Assembly (NCBI GenBank): GCA_965202585.1
Contig: OZ241832.1
Location: forward strand, 30,256,001-30,320,000
DNA length: 64,000 nt
Direction: 5' to 3'
DNA from: Thalia democratica
Taxonomy: Eukaryota
Both the position numbers and the translations under genes were made by a program. The first letter of the stretch is position 1, and each line of letters starts with the position of its first letter. Below are positions 39,181 through 50,850 of the stretch, in pieces. The notes under the pieces were generated by a model that was not told the origin of the DNA, ran no database searches, and saw nothing but the letters and a program-made list of their open reading frames with translations.

Positions 39181-41520
39181 AATTGAGTACAATAATTATT
39201 CAAATAGCAAAAAAGTTAAACTTAAATTTAAAATGGATATCAATAAGGAGTGAACAACTAAAATAGCAGTTGTTAGACGCAATTAAGCTAGAGTTGAAAA
39301 ACAACTGTTAAAAATAATTGATTAGACCTAATTTGACCAAACACCAACATTTCAAAATCATCCAAGTTAGTTTTTTTAAGATAATATGAAACTATGTTAC
39401 CCAACAATGTACAACAACAACAGTCAAATAAAACTTTATGTTTATTTTCAATACCAGATGATTAAAAGTTGGATTACATAAGTATTAGAGCTTTTACAGC
39501 CTGCCTTGCTAAGATGCAGTAGAGGGTTGGCACAGAACGTTTAAATCAATTATTAAGTGTGCCAACCCTGAACTTTGAAATACATTGCTACCATTTGAAT
39601 GAACAAAAACTCTATACATATTGAAAAAATTTAATTCAAGTGAATCTGAGAAAAAGAAGCACAGAGACCTAGACAATAGTTCTAAATCGATCCTGAAAAG
39701 TTGGAGCATTTTGTACAGTCATAAACTCTCAGGGAGCTGCAAAGCTTTAACCAATGAGTTAGATGACATACAAGATCTTACCATGAGAGACAATGTTGTT
39801 AAGTGTCAGCTTGATGGCTTTCAAGGTTATCTTAGTCAAAATTAACCGTCAAATATTTAGTGATGCATAACAAATAAGAGTTATAATATTAAGATCTACC
39901 TTAAAATATTATATGTGATGTTTTAATATCATATGGCCAAAAACAGCTACTTATAATGATAGTTTAGAAATAGTATACAAGCCTTTCTCTTAATTCTAGT
40001 AAGCTTTTTTTCTAGTACTAATAAAAATAGCAACATTATACGGTATTCTTGTGTGTTTAAAAATTAGTATTGGTTGGCCTGAAATAGGCTTTTTGTAAAA
40101 AAAAACTTTACAAAAATATAGCTGAAATTTTTTTATATTAAGCTAAATGCTCACGTTCCAATGGGCTCAAATTTGCTTTATTAAATGTTTGTACTAAAAA
40201 TACTAAGCTAGAGCGTTGCTGTAAGCTATGTTGGACTAAAATGAATACAAAATTGTAAAGAATGGATTCTAATTATAAATAAAAAATTATATTTTCTAAG
40301 TTAAAACCAAATTTATCTTATTTTTGATCTTATAAGTACTATTAACAAAGTATTAATAACTAATATCAAGATTTTTTTGAAGCTAATTAATAAAAACAGA
40401 CTTAGTAAAGTGTTTTATTATAATACAAAAATGGTGCTCTTTTTAAACTGGATTAAGCCTTTGGATGGTGGAAATGTGGTAACTGTAATAAGTGTAAGAT
40501 TCAGTTTATGACCAAGAAACATTTGCTCATAAGACATGCAAAGACTAATTTGCATCTGATAGGTTAATTGTTATCACTAACTCCAAACAGCAATGCTTTT
40601 TTTAGAGATTTAAAAAATAAGCAACACCAACCAGCACTTGCAAGAATTGCATAACAACATGGTTGTATGAAATCACAAAGTTGATGTTTCACAAGCAAAT
40701 GGCAAACTTCAATAAATTGTACACTTTCGCCAACAAAAAGTATGAATATAACATAATGAAATATAACATGCACAACATTCAGGAATGGCTATTTTGACAA
40801 AATTTCATGATTAACAATTACAACAAAAAATGTTGTGTTTAATACTTAAGGTATAACTCAAAGTCACTAATAAGTAACTTTTATTATTAAGTGCTGGAGA
40901 TTAATTAATAAGTTATTAATAAGTACTAAACATTAATAAGTATTTAAGGTATACTTAACTACAATTGTGTGAATATGATTAACTTAACGGTGCATATAAC
41001 ATAAGTTTTGTTAAGTAATTGAAATAAATCATTTCAACATATAGTAAACAGTACAGTGCTACTTTTTATTTTTGCAAGATTTTCCGCATAAGTTTGCCAA
41101 ATAATACATTAGGTGTTTCATGACTATCCTTGCTAAATAAAATTTAATACAACAGAAGATAATATTATAAAATTGATTTTGTTTCACAAACTTGACAATA
41201 CTAATACAGCTTTTAGCTTCTAAAGTGAAAAACTTTATTAAATTTCACTGATTTCACTTTGAAATGTTTTAATTTTTTTATATTTAACAAATTACTTTAA
41301 TTTATTTCATATAACCCTTTTATTCTCTAAAAATGAATAAAATTTAGGCATCATAGGTTTTATAAATTGTTTATATAACACAGGATAGTAATACAAGATA
41401 ATTTTTAATTTATTCAAAACAATTTTATCATAAATAAATATATCAAATTTTGCTATATATTAATTTTATCAGTCAAGGTAACTTAACTATATTTGTAGAA
41501 GATCTTGGTAAAACACTCAC

Positions 41521-41599
41521 CCAAGTTACAATTTAGTGTTCACAGACTTAATTCATTTTCAGGAGTTGCCCAGTTTTTGCATGAACTTAGAAGCCACAT
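41521..41599 (-). other. Candidate non-coding exon (79 nt)
   Basis: On the - strand: catattttttAG acceptor and tgg|GTGAGT donor flank a GC-richer island. Confidence 0.5.
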
Positions 41600-42478
41600 C
41601 TAAAAAATATGCAATTTTTCAACTTTCATAGTAGAGCTAGATGCCATAAATAATTGTTTTGTTTAAAATAAATATCATAGATAAACAGATTTAAAGAATT
41701 TTAGTTTAAATATAAATAAATATTAGCTCTAATCAAGCATTTCGAGGTAAACAGATTCCAATGTATTTAATTCTAAACATAGCTGTTAAAGCATATTTCT
41801 TGGCTATATGTTTAATTTTAGCACATTTTTTAACTCTTATACTTTTTATTTTTATGCTATTTTTCCAGGTTTTTAACTAATTTAAGTTTTCATTCTTAAA
41901 ATTGCAATGAAAACTAACATTTATTCTACATATGTCATTTAACTAACACCATTACACAAAACTATCATAGCTACTTTTAAAACTTTTCTTAAAAATTTAA
42001 AATTCAACAAAAGATTATATATTTTTTTATTGAAAATCTTTCTTAATACTACTTTACACTTCTTGGTAAAATAAAATAATACCAATATTCAGTCCCAGTA
42101 AATTTTTTTTTTATCTTAGTTGACACTTAATTCATGTCTTGATTAGCAATTACTAGTAGTTGAAAAGGTATCATCATTATTTTCACAAATAAATTCATAA
42201 AAAAAAATTAATTGTAAAGATTAAAACATTGAGCTAAAATTTGCAGTAATCAGCAATATATGAGCTGTATTTTCCTTTTAAGTTTATTTCAGAAAATTTA
42301 TATTTAGAATCTAATAAGTATTTATATTTAAAATATTTGTATAAAAACTGTTAACAAATATGCTTTATCAAATCAAGTCAAATCTGAATATTCTTATTAT
42401 GTTTGTTAATTTTTGTTTTAAATTAGTAAAGTTTAAATAAAGTTCTACAAGAATCTTTAAATAAAAGTTTTAACTCAC

Positions 42479-42724
42479 CAATTGTCCCATGGAGGTAGTA
42501 GCAACTGATGTTTATGAACTGATAGCAAAATCAACTAAATTATAAGTTGAAATTTTACCATGAAATAAAGCAGCAGCTGATTGGCTAAAAGTTCAAGTTT
42601 GTTAACCTTTGACCTCGGTGATTCCATTGATAATTAGCTGCACGGATTTTTAATCAGACATTTCGCCCAACAAAGCGAGTAAGGGTTCTATGGAAAAATG
42701 TCACAAGTGTAAATGTTTGTTATG
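42479..42724 (-). other. Candidate non-coding or pseudo-exon (246 nt)
   Basis: On the - strand: acttttctttAG acceptor and ttg|GTGAGT donor. Stops occur in all three frames. Confidence 0.55.
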
Positions 42725-45700
42725 CTAAAGAAAAGTATAAAGCTACTTTTATAATAAGTTTATAAAGTCAAAAGCATATTAGTTTTTCTTTTTAGACTAA
42801 TTTTACAAATTCTATTTATAACTACATGAATTTTTGTGAACAAAACAATTTTGAAATGTTAATATTTTCTACTTTTTGATAAGTATAGTTATAGTAGTTG
42901 CTTACTACTTCATTGGTAAAAAATCGAAACAAGATCTAGTGTAACATTTTTTTGGCGAATATTAAGTTTTATTAAACTAATAACTTTAACACTATTGTGA
43001 ATACCTAATATATTACACTAGACCTGTTTATTATTATATACATTTACTTCTTATTAGATTATAATTAGTTTGTAACAAAACAATTAAAGTTGATAATTCA
43101 TATCCTCAATAATTATACGATAAAAAATAACAATATAACTAGAATTACATATAACTTTAATACATAAATAACTATATTTTATTGTTCTTTTATAACTTTG
43201 AGTTTGGATCAGCTTAAGTGAGATAACTTTATTTATAAAAACATTAATAAACTTTTTATTCTTCAAAAGTAGATAGAGTTATGAAGGCTTAAAAATAATA
43301 AGATTATTCTAAAATTATTAATTGAGATAATAGTTTAATATATCAAAATTTTAGCTTTTTTCAATTTTTGCGGTTTCCTTTTTAAAATTATTTAGGTATT
43401 GTATACTTTCATAAAAACCTTAATATAAAAACATATGAGTCGAAAATTAAAAAAAAACTTACCAAACGATTTGGCATTTTTTAAATTAAAAAAACTCCGT
43501 TAGTGGATGTTATTGAAATATGAAAGGCTAGTTAGTTTTATTACTTTTCTATAATCTTTTTTTTACAAAATATATGTCTTACATTCTTGAGAGACAATTT
43601 TTTTGCTTTATTTGTTCAAATGAAGTTACAGTTATATATATATATATATATAACAAACAGTTATTTTCTTAAAAATATGTTTTTGTCCTGGACAAGACAT
43701 TAAGAGGAATCCAATACGTACTACTCGATAACCAAAGGTTGTTCTTGCACCGGGTCCTAGGACCAAATACTTTGTGCGCTTTTTTTGTAGTTTAGTAAAC
43801 TATATCTAATTATAACTATTTAAACTTGTTTTATTAGTAAATGTAAAACACATATAGTTTCGGTTTAATTTTGTTGTTTATCCAGTGATGAAAAACTATT
43901 CCAAGTTTAGAAACAAAATCATTTTTGTTTAATCGGCCAACTTTTAAAATTCATACGTGTAAAATAACAAAATTTTTGATTAAATTGAGGTTCTAGTTTT
44001 CAATTAACACACTGAATCAAGATTTAAAAAGCTATTTATTCTAGTTTTATTTTATGTCTCTCAAAACCTTTTGTTACTAAAATCTTTTGAATGTTTCGTT
44101 TGTAAAAAAACACACTAATTATTGTTTATGTTACATCTAATAATCTCTTGCCACGGACTTTAAAGTTATAAACACAATTTTCGGTATACTTTTGAATTTT
44201 TCAATATTTTTACTTACAAGTATTTTAATAAAGCTATAGAATTTTTATATTCATCGAATTGTCAAAATATTAGTAAAATTATTTTCACTATATTGTTATA
44301 GCATTCGACATATTTAGATACCTTTTACAACTTTGTACAACAATTTTTTTGTCTATTTGATATTGTTCCTTATTGAACGAAAAAAAAAGCGCTGAAAATA
44401 TTTGGTCTTATGACGTGGTGCACAAAAAAACCTTTCGGTTATGGAGTCTTACACCACTTGGATACCTTTTAACGTATTGTCCAGGGAAATAAGTGTACTC
44501 GCTCAAAGCTTTTTAAAATCGCATCTTCGATTCTTAGTCAAAAAATTAAAGGAAGTGTAAAACAGCTTCGAATACTTAAAAGTTTTAAATTAGTCATGTC
44601 GTATTTATACAAGGTTATAAAAAAATAAGCTATTTGTATTAAAGTTTAAAACGAACAGGACTTATTGTTTTCAGTAGAGCTATCTTTCCAGATGATCGCG
44701 TGTTCAAAATGGTAAATATATTATATATTAAGTTGCAAAGGCTATTTTGATGCATTAAAATTCCTTCTGACAATATATTTTATACGGTTTTTTAGTAATT
44801 AATTGCATTTTTATTGCTAGCTTAAATTTTCCCCTAATAAAAACTACAGATTTGAACAAAATAAAGAGAGCTTTTAAACTATCAAAAGACATTAAATTAA
44901 AGTCTAGTGTTTTAACTAATGTTTAAATATAGCAAATAAGTTTAGAATGAAACTAGATTGGCATACAAGTAAAATTTTAAAACTTACAGGTTTTTATTAA
45001 GTTGAATGTAAATAAAAAAGTAAAAAAGATATATGTATTAGTTTTTACTTGTTTTAAGCAATTTAAATAGCCAGAGATTATAAAATGTATTTAGAAAAAA
45101 CACTTTATTTAAACATAAGTTAGTAACGGCATTAAAACTACTAATTTTATCTTTATCCATCAAAACACGTGTACATTTTTAACTATGAAAACACTAAAAA
45201 GTTTAACAAGTACAAAAACTTTAGATATATTTTATTATAAATAGCATTAATACTTCTAATAGTGAGTAACAAAATGCATCAACATTTTAACATCAGTTCG
45301 TTTAAAATAGTTTAGAAATTTAAGTATGGTGAGTTATTTGGTCGCCTATGAATATGTAAAATGGTAAAGGGAGAAATATATTTTAGCTTTTAGCTATTCT
45401 GCTAAAATTGTCGTTTAAACCTCAACTTTAGGTATATTACTGCAATATAACAACCTTCAGATATTTATAAAATATTTAAGCTTTTGGTTTGGTGTATAAA
45501 GTGGTTCAAAGCTTGTTCAATAATGTTATTTGTAAAAAATTCTTAAAATTAGATACGCTAAAGAAAATATTTTTTTATTTTTTACATATTACTTATTCTT
45601 GAAAAACTTATAAGCTTTAAAACTGCTGTTTAAATCATCAAATACAAGTTTGTTTATTTTGCCGAATATCTTTAAAAATCTTTTCAATTTGATAACTAAA

Positions 45701-47902
45701 AAGTAAATGACGATGAAAATATTTATTTTAAACAGTATCAATTTAACTAAAGTATTATAAACAAATAAAAAATTACTTCACTTAAATAAACCGCGTCTAA
45801 ATTCTATAAGCAAGGTTGCCACATATCTAACTGAGAAAACAGATCTAGACTTTTCTAAACTAAATTATAATTTAAACCTATTTAATCACACATAACCAAA
45901 GACTTGAAAGTTTTTAATTTATGTCAAAAACTTAATAGACCCTGAAAAAAGATGAATTGCAAAAGCATAACTTTTTAGAAAACGTCATTAGCAAAATGTC
46001 GTTTTTAGTGATGACAAACTTTTTTGATTTAAATTTCCTGAACTTTTTCGAAAACCCCCATTTTTCTCGACTTTTGTTCTTTGTTTTTCATTGGTTTGTG
46101 GCGACCATGTATAAGTCATTATTCATTAAATATTTTTAGATAGGTATCATTATATCTTTCAAAATTTAAATAAACTTTATAATTTTCTAAATTAGCTTGT
46201 AAAAAAAAATCAAAAATAATATGCTTGAAACCGAATCTTTATACTTCAAAAAACTTCAACTATTAAAACATTTACCTAGTATTTAAAAGATCAGTAAAAA
46301 TCGTATAAATTTTATAAATTATAAAAATAGTTAGACTACTTTAATATGTTTTAGACAAAACCCTTTAATTAAATATAAACACTTTCATTATAAACTTCTA
46401 ATATTTTGTATGAAAAGTCGTTTGAATTTCAAATAAATATTTTTATTTTATCAAAATGACATAATGCTCTACTTTAAAACAAGCTTTCAAAAACTTTTAA
46501 GCTTGATAAACAAAAGTTTACATCATCAAAACATATATTTTCATAATACCTTAAGTTTAAATTTCGTTTACACAAGAAACTAGTTTAAACACGAATAAAG
46601 CATCTCCGTTGTTTCGCTGTACAAATAAAAACACCTCACACGATTTAGTTCAGTTTATTTTCAACAACAACAGAAGATAGCCACACTAAAGTGGAACAAT
46701 GAAAAATTGCTAATCTTATTATTTTTATCTTTCATACAAACATATCGAGAGTGCAAACTTTCAATTTGAATACGTGCTTAACAGAGCAAACATTTGAAAT
46801 GACAATTTTTTTTTTTGACAAAATTTAATGTCATTGTTTTTAGGAGAAACAGATTGACATCGCTTTAAAACTTTCGTAAACAACAGGCACTGTCATAATA
46901 AAAAACCATTATTGTTATTCAGCAAATTTATATGAATTAGATTATTTACAAAGCTAGATTGAAAGGAGTAAAAAAAATTCTTAATTTAGACAGGACAAAA
47001 ACTTGTTAAATATTTTTGACTGAAAGGTTTTTGATTAAAAACTAAATTGTTAAGACAGTGGTTACAATGTAAGATTTATTCAGTTGTAGTTTAGCTAACA
47101 ATTTAAAACATTATCGTATTTGAAAAGGTTAATAGCTAAAAAATATAGGAGAGTTAAATTAAAATATATTATAATAAGCGTTGAAAAAATTTGAATTAAA
47201 CTTTAAATAAACAATAAAACAAAACTTTGCTTTAAGTTGCTAAAAATTTAAATGAGCTTCCAATATTTTGTAAAACATTTAAACAAAGTTGTGCTAAAAG
47301 TGCAAACTAAATGTTTGATTGCATAAAAATGATTAAGAAATGCATATAAAAATCAGATAAAAAATGTTTTGTTTCTACTTGTATGAATTTAATTTAAAAA
47401 TATTGCTGAACTTAGAAAATATTTTTCATATTAAACTGGTCAGGTAAAAACAAAAGTAGCATTTGTATACAGTAGTAAGCCAATGTACCAAAATAAAACA
47501 TTAATAACTTTTAATGTATCTTTCAAATTTAAGTTTTTCTAAACGTATGAAATTTTATACAGATGTTACAAAAACCATATTGTACTATTATGGTATATAC
47601 TGTAAAAATTTTGAAAACAAAGTAACTTGGAAAGGCACAAGTAACAACAAAAGAGCGGAAAGAAAAATGTACCAAACGTAAAGTTTTGGCAACTGTAAAA
47701 AAAATACCACACAAAATGAACAATTTTTTTTTTGTAAAAACAAGATCACAATCACCGAAAATATACCAACATTAATTAAAAAAGATCCCTAATAAAAAAA
47801 AAAGTACTATTATAATAAAAAAAGTGCAAACTGACAGTATTATTATATTATTAAAATTATATTATGTTATAATATTCATAATTATTTTTTGACAACTTAT
47901 AC

Positions 47903-48091
47903 AGTCACGTTCTTCGCAAACGCCGAAATGGTAACAGCGGTGGGAATCTGGTCAAAGTCGAAGTTTTCGTAAACCATTTCGTCGGACCTTCTGTCCGGCA
48001 TTCTCAGCTTTTCCATTCCGTAAGCGAAATTGTCATTGGCCGAATCGGACTTGTCGCTGGGAGGCGCCATGTAGCTGGAAATATAGTTACT
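47903..48091 (-). CDS. Candidate coding exon 3 (63 codons, phase 0/0) of the unknown - strand gene
   Basis: TACTAAC branch point, pyrimidine tract and cgcAG acceptor. Stop-free GC-rich frame SNYISSYMAPP...AKNVT, then act|GTATAAGT donor, or a stop at 47897 if unspliced. Confidence 0.55.
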
Positions 48092-49179
48092 CTGCGGAAA
48101 TAAAAGGGAGTTGTTAGTACATAATAAGTGTAGATGTATTAGAATATGTGTTGGAATGTGCAGTGCATGTATACAGTAAATTGGGTTGTTAGTGTATAAA
48201 AAGATGTTATTTTCTACTCTTATCAGTTTATTGATAGACAAACACGCTCAAAATAATTGGTTCTTGGACCTGGCGCAGGAAGATCGGCCATCGAGTCGCA
48301 TGCCACTTGGACACAGTTTAACGTCATTGTCCAGGACATGGCTTATCTCGATATAAGCATAGATATATCAAATTTACCTTTCTTGCTTGCAAATATTTAA
48401 ATAAAAAAAAACATCTATTTAGATATAGATTTGTAACAGGTATTTTCTTTCAAGAACAAAGGGTTTGTATCAATATACTTACTTACCTTTAAAATTAATA
48501 CAGTAAAATGTAATATGTGTATACAAAACAATCTCAAAATACAAGTGGATACAGTTTTAAAACAATATAAAACAAGTATATGTTTCATTTATGAAATGTA
48601 ATAAGTCAACTCAGTTTAGATATTATTAACTTAGTTTAAATACTTAAGTGTGCACAAAATTTTGATGTCTTGAATTTTGAAAAATAAATTAAAAATTATA
48701 CAGCCACAAACAATATGAAGTTAATATACAGTACATTGCACAACTACTTCATATTATTACCGGCTTTTTAATATTTAATTGTGGCTTTTCTTTCACATGT
48801 AAAATACAAAACACAACACACAAAATAAAGAGCTTCAATCAATTAAATATCTTTTATGACTTTGAAAACTTTTATATTGATTAACAGCTTATAATATAGC
48901 TTAAAAGTTAAGAGCGTAAATATAAAAGTAATAAAATTAATGAGGCTTGAACTTTAATAATTTATCAGCATTAAAACAATAAAATGAAGTTTATTTGTAC
49001 ATTTTTGGTATTGTAGATACATAAAAAGGTTTACAGTATTTAGAACATTACATATTATAAACAATATAATTAAGATACAAATTGTATACTTTAATTGATA
49101 ATTTATATGTTTTAAACAATTTAAAACTGAAGTAATTAGTTATTCTTTTACTTGAAAAACTGATTCTATAAATTTTAAG

Positions 49180-50850
49180 TTTTAAACATTTAAAAACCGT
49201 CATCTGTAAATTTAATTTACCATTTGTAAAGTTAAAAAATAAATATGTTTTAATTAGATTTATCACAATATAAGCTATTGGGGAAGAAGATTATGACAAT
49301 AAATATTAATTCATGTTTTCATATTGAAACACAACATTAATACTATTGTATTATTGTTATTAATTATCTATTTAAACTTTTACTATAAAACATAACACAA
49401 ATACTTTTGTATATTTTTTCATTTCAATTAAAAAAAATTTATAACTTAGACTTATGGTTTTAAACTGTATGTAACAACATACATTAAACCTATAGATAAA
49501 AGTATCTTAGAATAAACCACGTATGCAAAAAGTAAGAGAAATACATTACAATATGATAATTTCAATCATTAAAAAAAAAAAGTATTTCAATTGTTCTTCT
49601 TCTAATAAACTATGAAGGTATTAAGGCAGAAAATTATAACCTCGACACCACAAGCATTTTTGTGGAACAAACATCACTTCTGTTTGAATTTGTGTATTAA
49701 ATTTTGCAAAAATAATTGCAACTTTACTTGCAGATTTTTTATCAATCACCAAACTCACAAATTGAGCTGTTAATTGGTGGCAATTGTATTTGTTTAATTA
49801 AGTGCACAAACATAAACTTTATTGGTTATGTTGATTTAATAACATACATAACTGAAAATAAACAATTTGCTGTGCAAACACACGTATTGTGCATTCGCAA
49901 TTATTTTGCAACTAGGAATTAAAAAAAAAAATTAGTTTCACACATCATGACAGGATTGCCACTAACTGAAGAAGAAATGTCTGTGAGTGGCCAAAAACTA
50001 ACATTAGATTGTAAGAATATTTAAAGAAAAAAATTTTAGTAAGAGCTAAAAATATTTCTAATAAAAAGGCTGAAATACTTGGAAAAAAATCTCCTTTTTT
50101 AAATTAAGTTTTAAATACTTAAAATCGTCATCAGTTAATTCAATTAACCATTCGTATAATTAAAAAAAAAACCTTATTTTAATTTGACTAATTCTAAAAA
50201 ATTATTGAGGAAGGAGATTATGACAAAAAATATTTTTTTTAAAGATTTTACAATATACCATAACATAAATACTTTTGTAATTTTTTTAATTTCAAACAAA
50301 AAAAACTTGAAATAAAAACTGTATTTCAACTGTTCTTCATCTAATAAACTATGAAAACAGTGTAAGACTATTAGGCGTAAAATTTTAACCTCGACACCAC
50401 AAGCATTTTTGTGGAATTTAAATTTAAACCATTTACTTCTGTTTAATTTTGTGTATTTAATTTATTTTGCAAAAATAATTGCAACTCAACTTGCAGATTT
50501 TTAACCAATCACTAAACTCACAAAAGTAAGCTGTTAATTGGTGGAAATTGTATTTATTTAATTCAGTGTACAAACATAAACTTTATAAATAAATGTCTGA
50601 TAATGTTGATTTAACAACATGCATAACAGAAAATAAACATTTTGCTGTGCAAACACACATATAATACATTCGAAGTTTATTGTAAAAGTAAAGAATTTTA
50701 TTATGAGTATGAATTTTAGCTTCACATAACAGGATTGCCACTAACTGAACAAGAAATGTCTGTGAGTTACCAAAAACTAACATGAGATAGTGAGAATATT
50801 TAAAGAAAAAATAATGTAGTAAAAGCTAAATAAAATTATAACAAACAATA
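49180..50850. repeat. Degenerate tandem duplication (~750-900 bp units) with a weaker third copy at ~51190-51400
   Basis: Shared aacctcgacaccacaagcatttttgtggaa (~49637, ~50386) and ggattgccactaactgaa (49953, 50732). Confidence 0.85.

Noticed and set aside
1-39900. CRISPR-like repeat-spacer array
   Set aside because: No constant short repeat separates the fragments; recurrence comes from kb-scale duplication.
40564-40790. Hydrophobic - strand ORF as a terminal exon
   Set aside because: The acceptor is weak, there is no recognisable homology, and it is not supportable without RNA data.
42479-42724. Stop-codon reassignment (protein-like frame with TAA/TGA; TGA at a Trp position in the hAT piece at ~12513)
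   Set aside because: Candidate coding exons use no in-frame TAA, TAG or TGA, and the TE remnants also carry frameshifts, so ordinary decay explains it.
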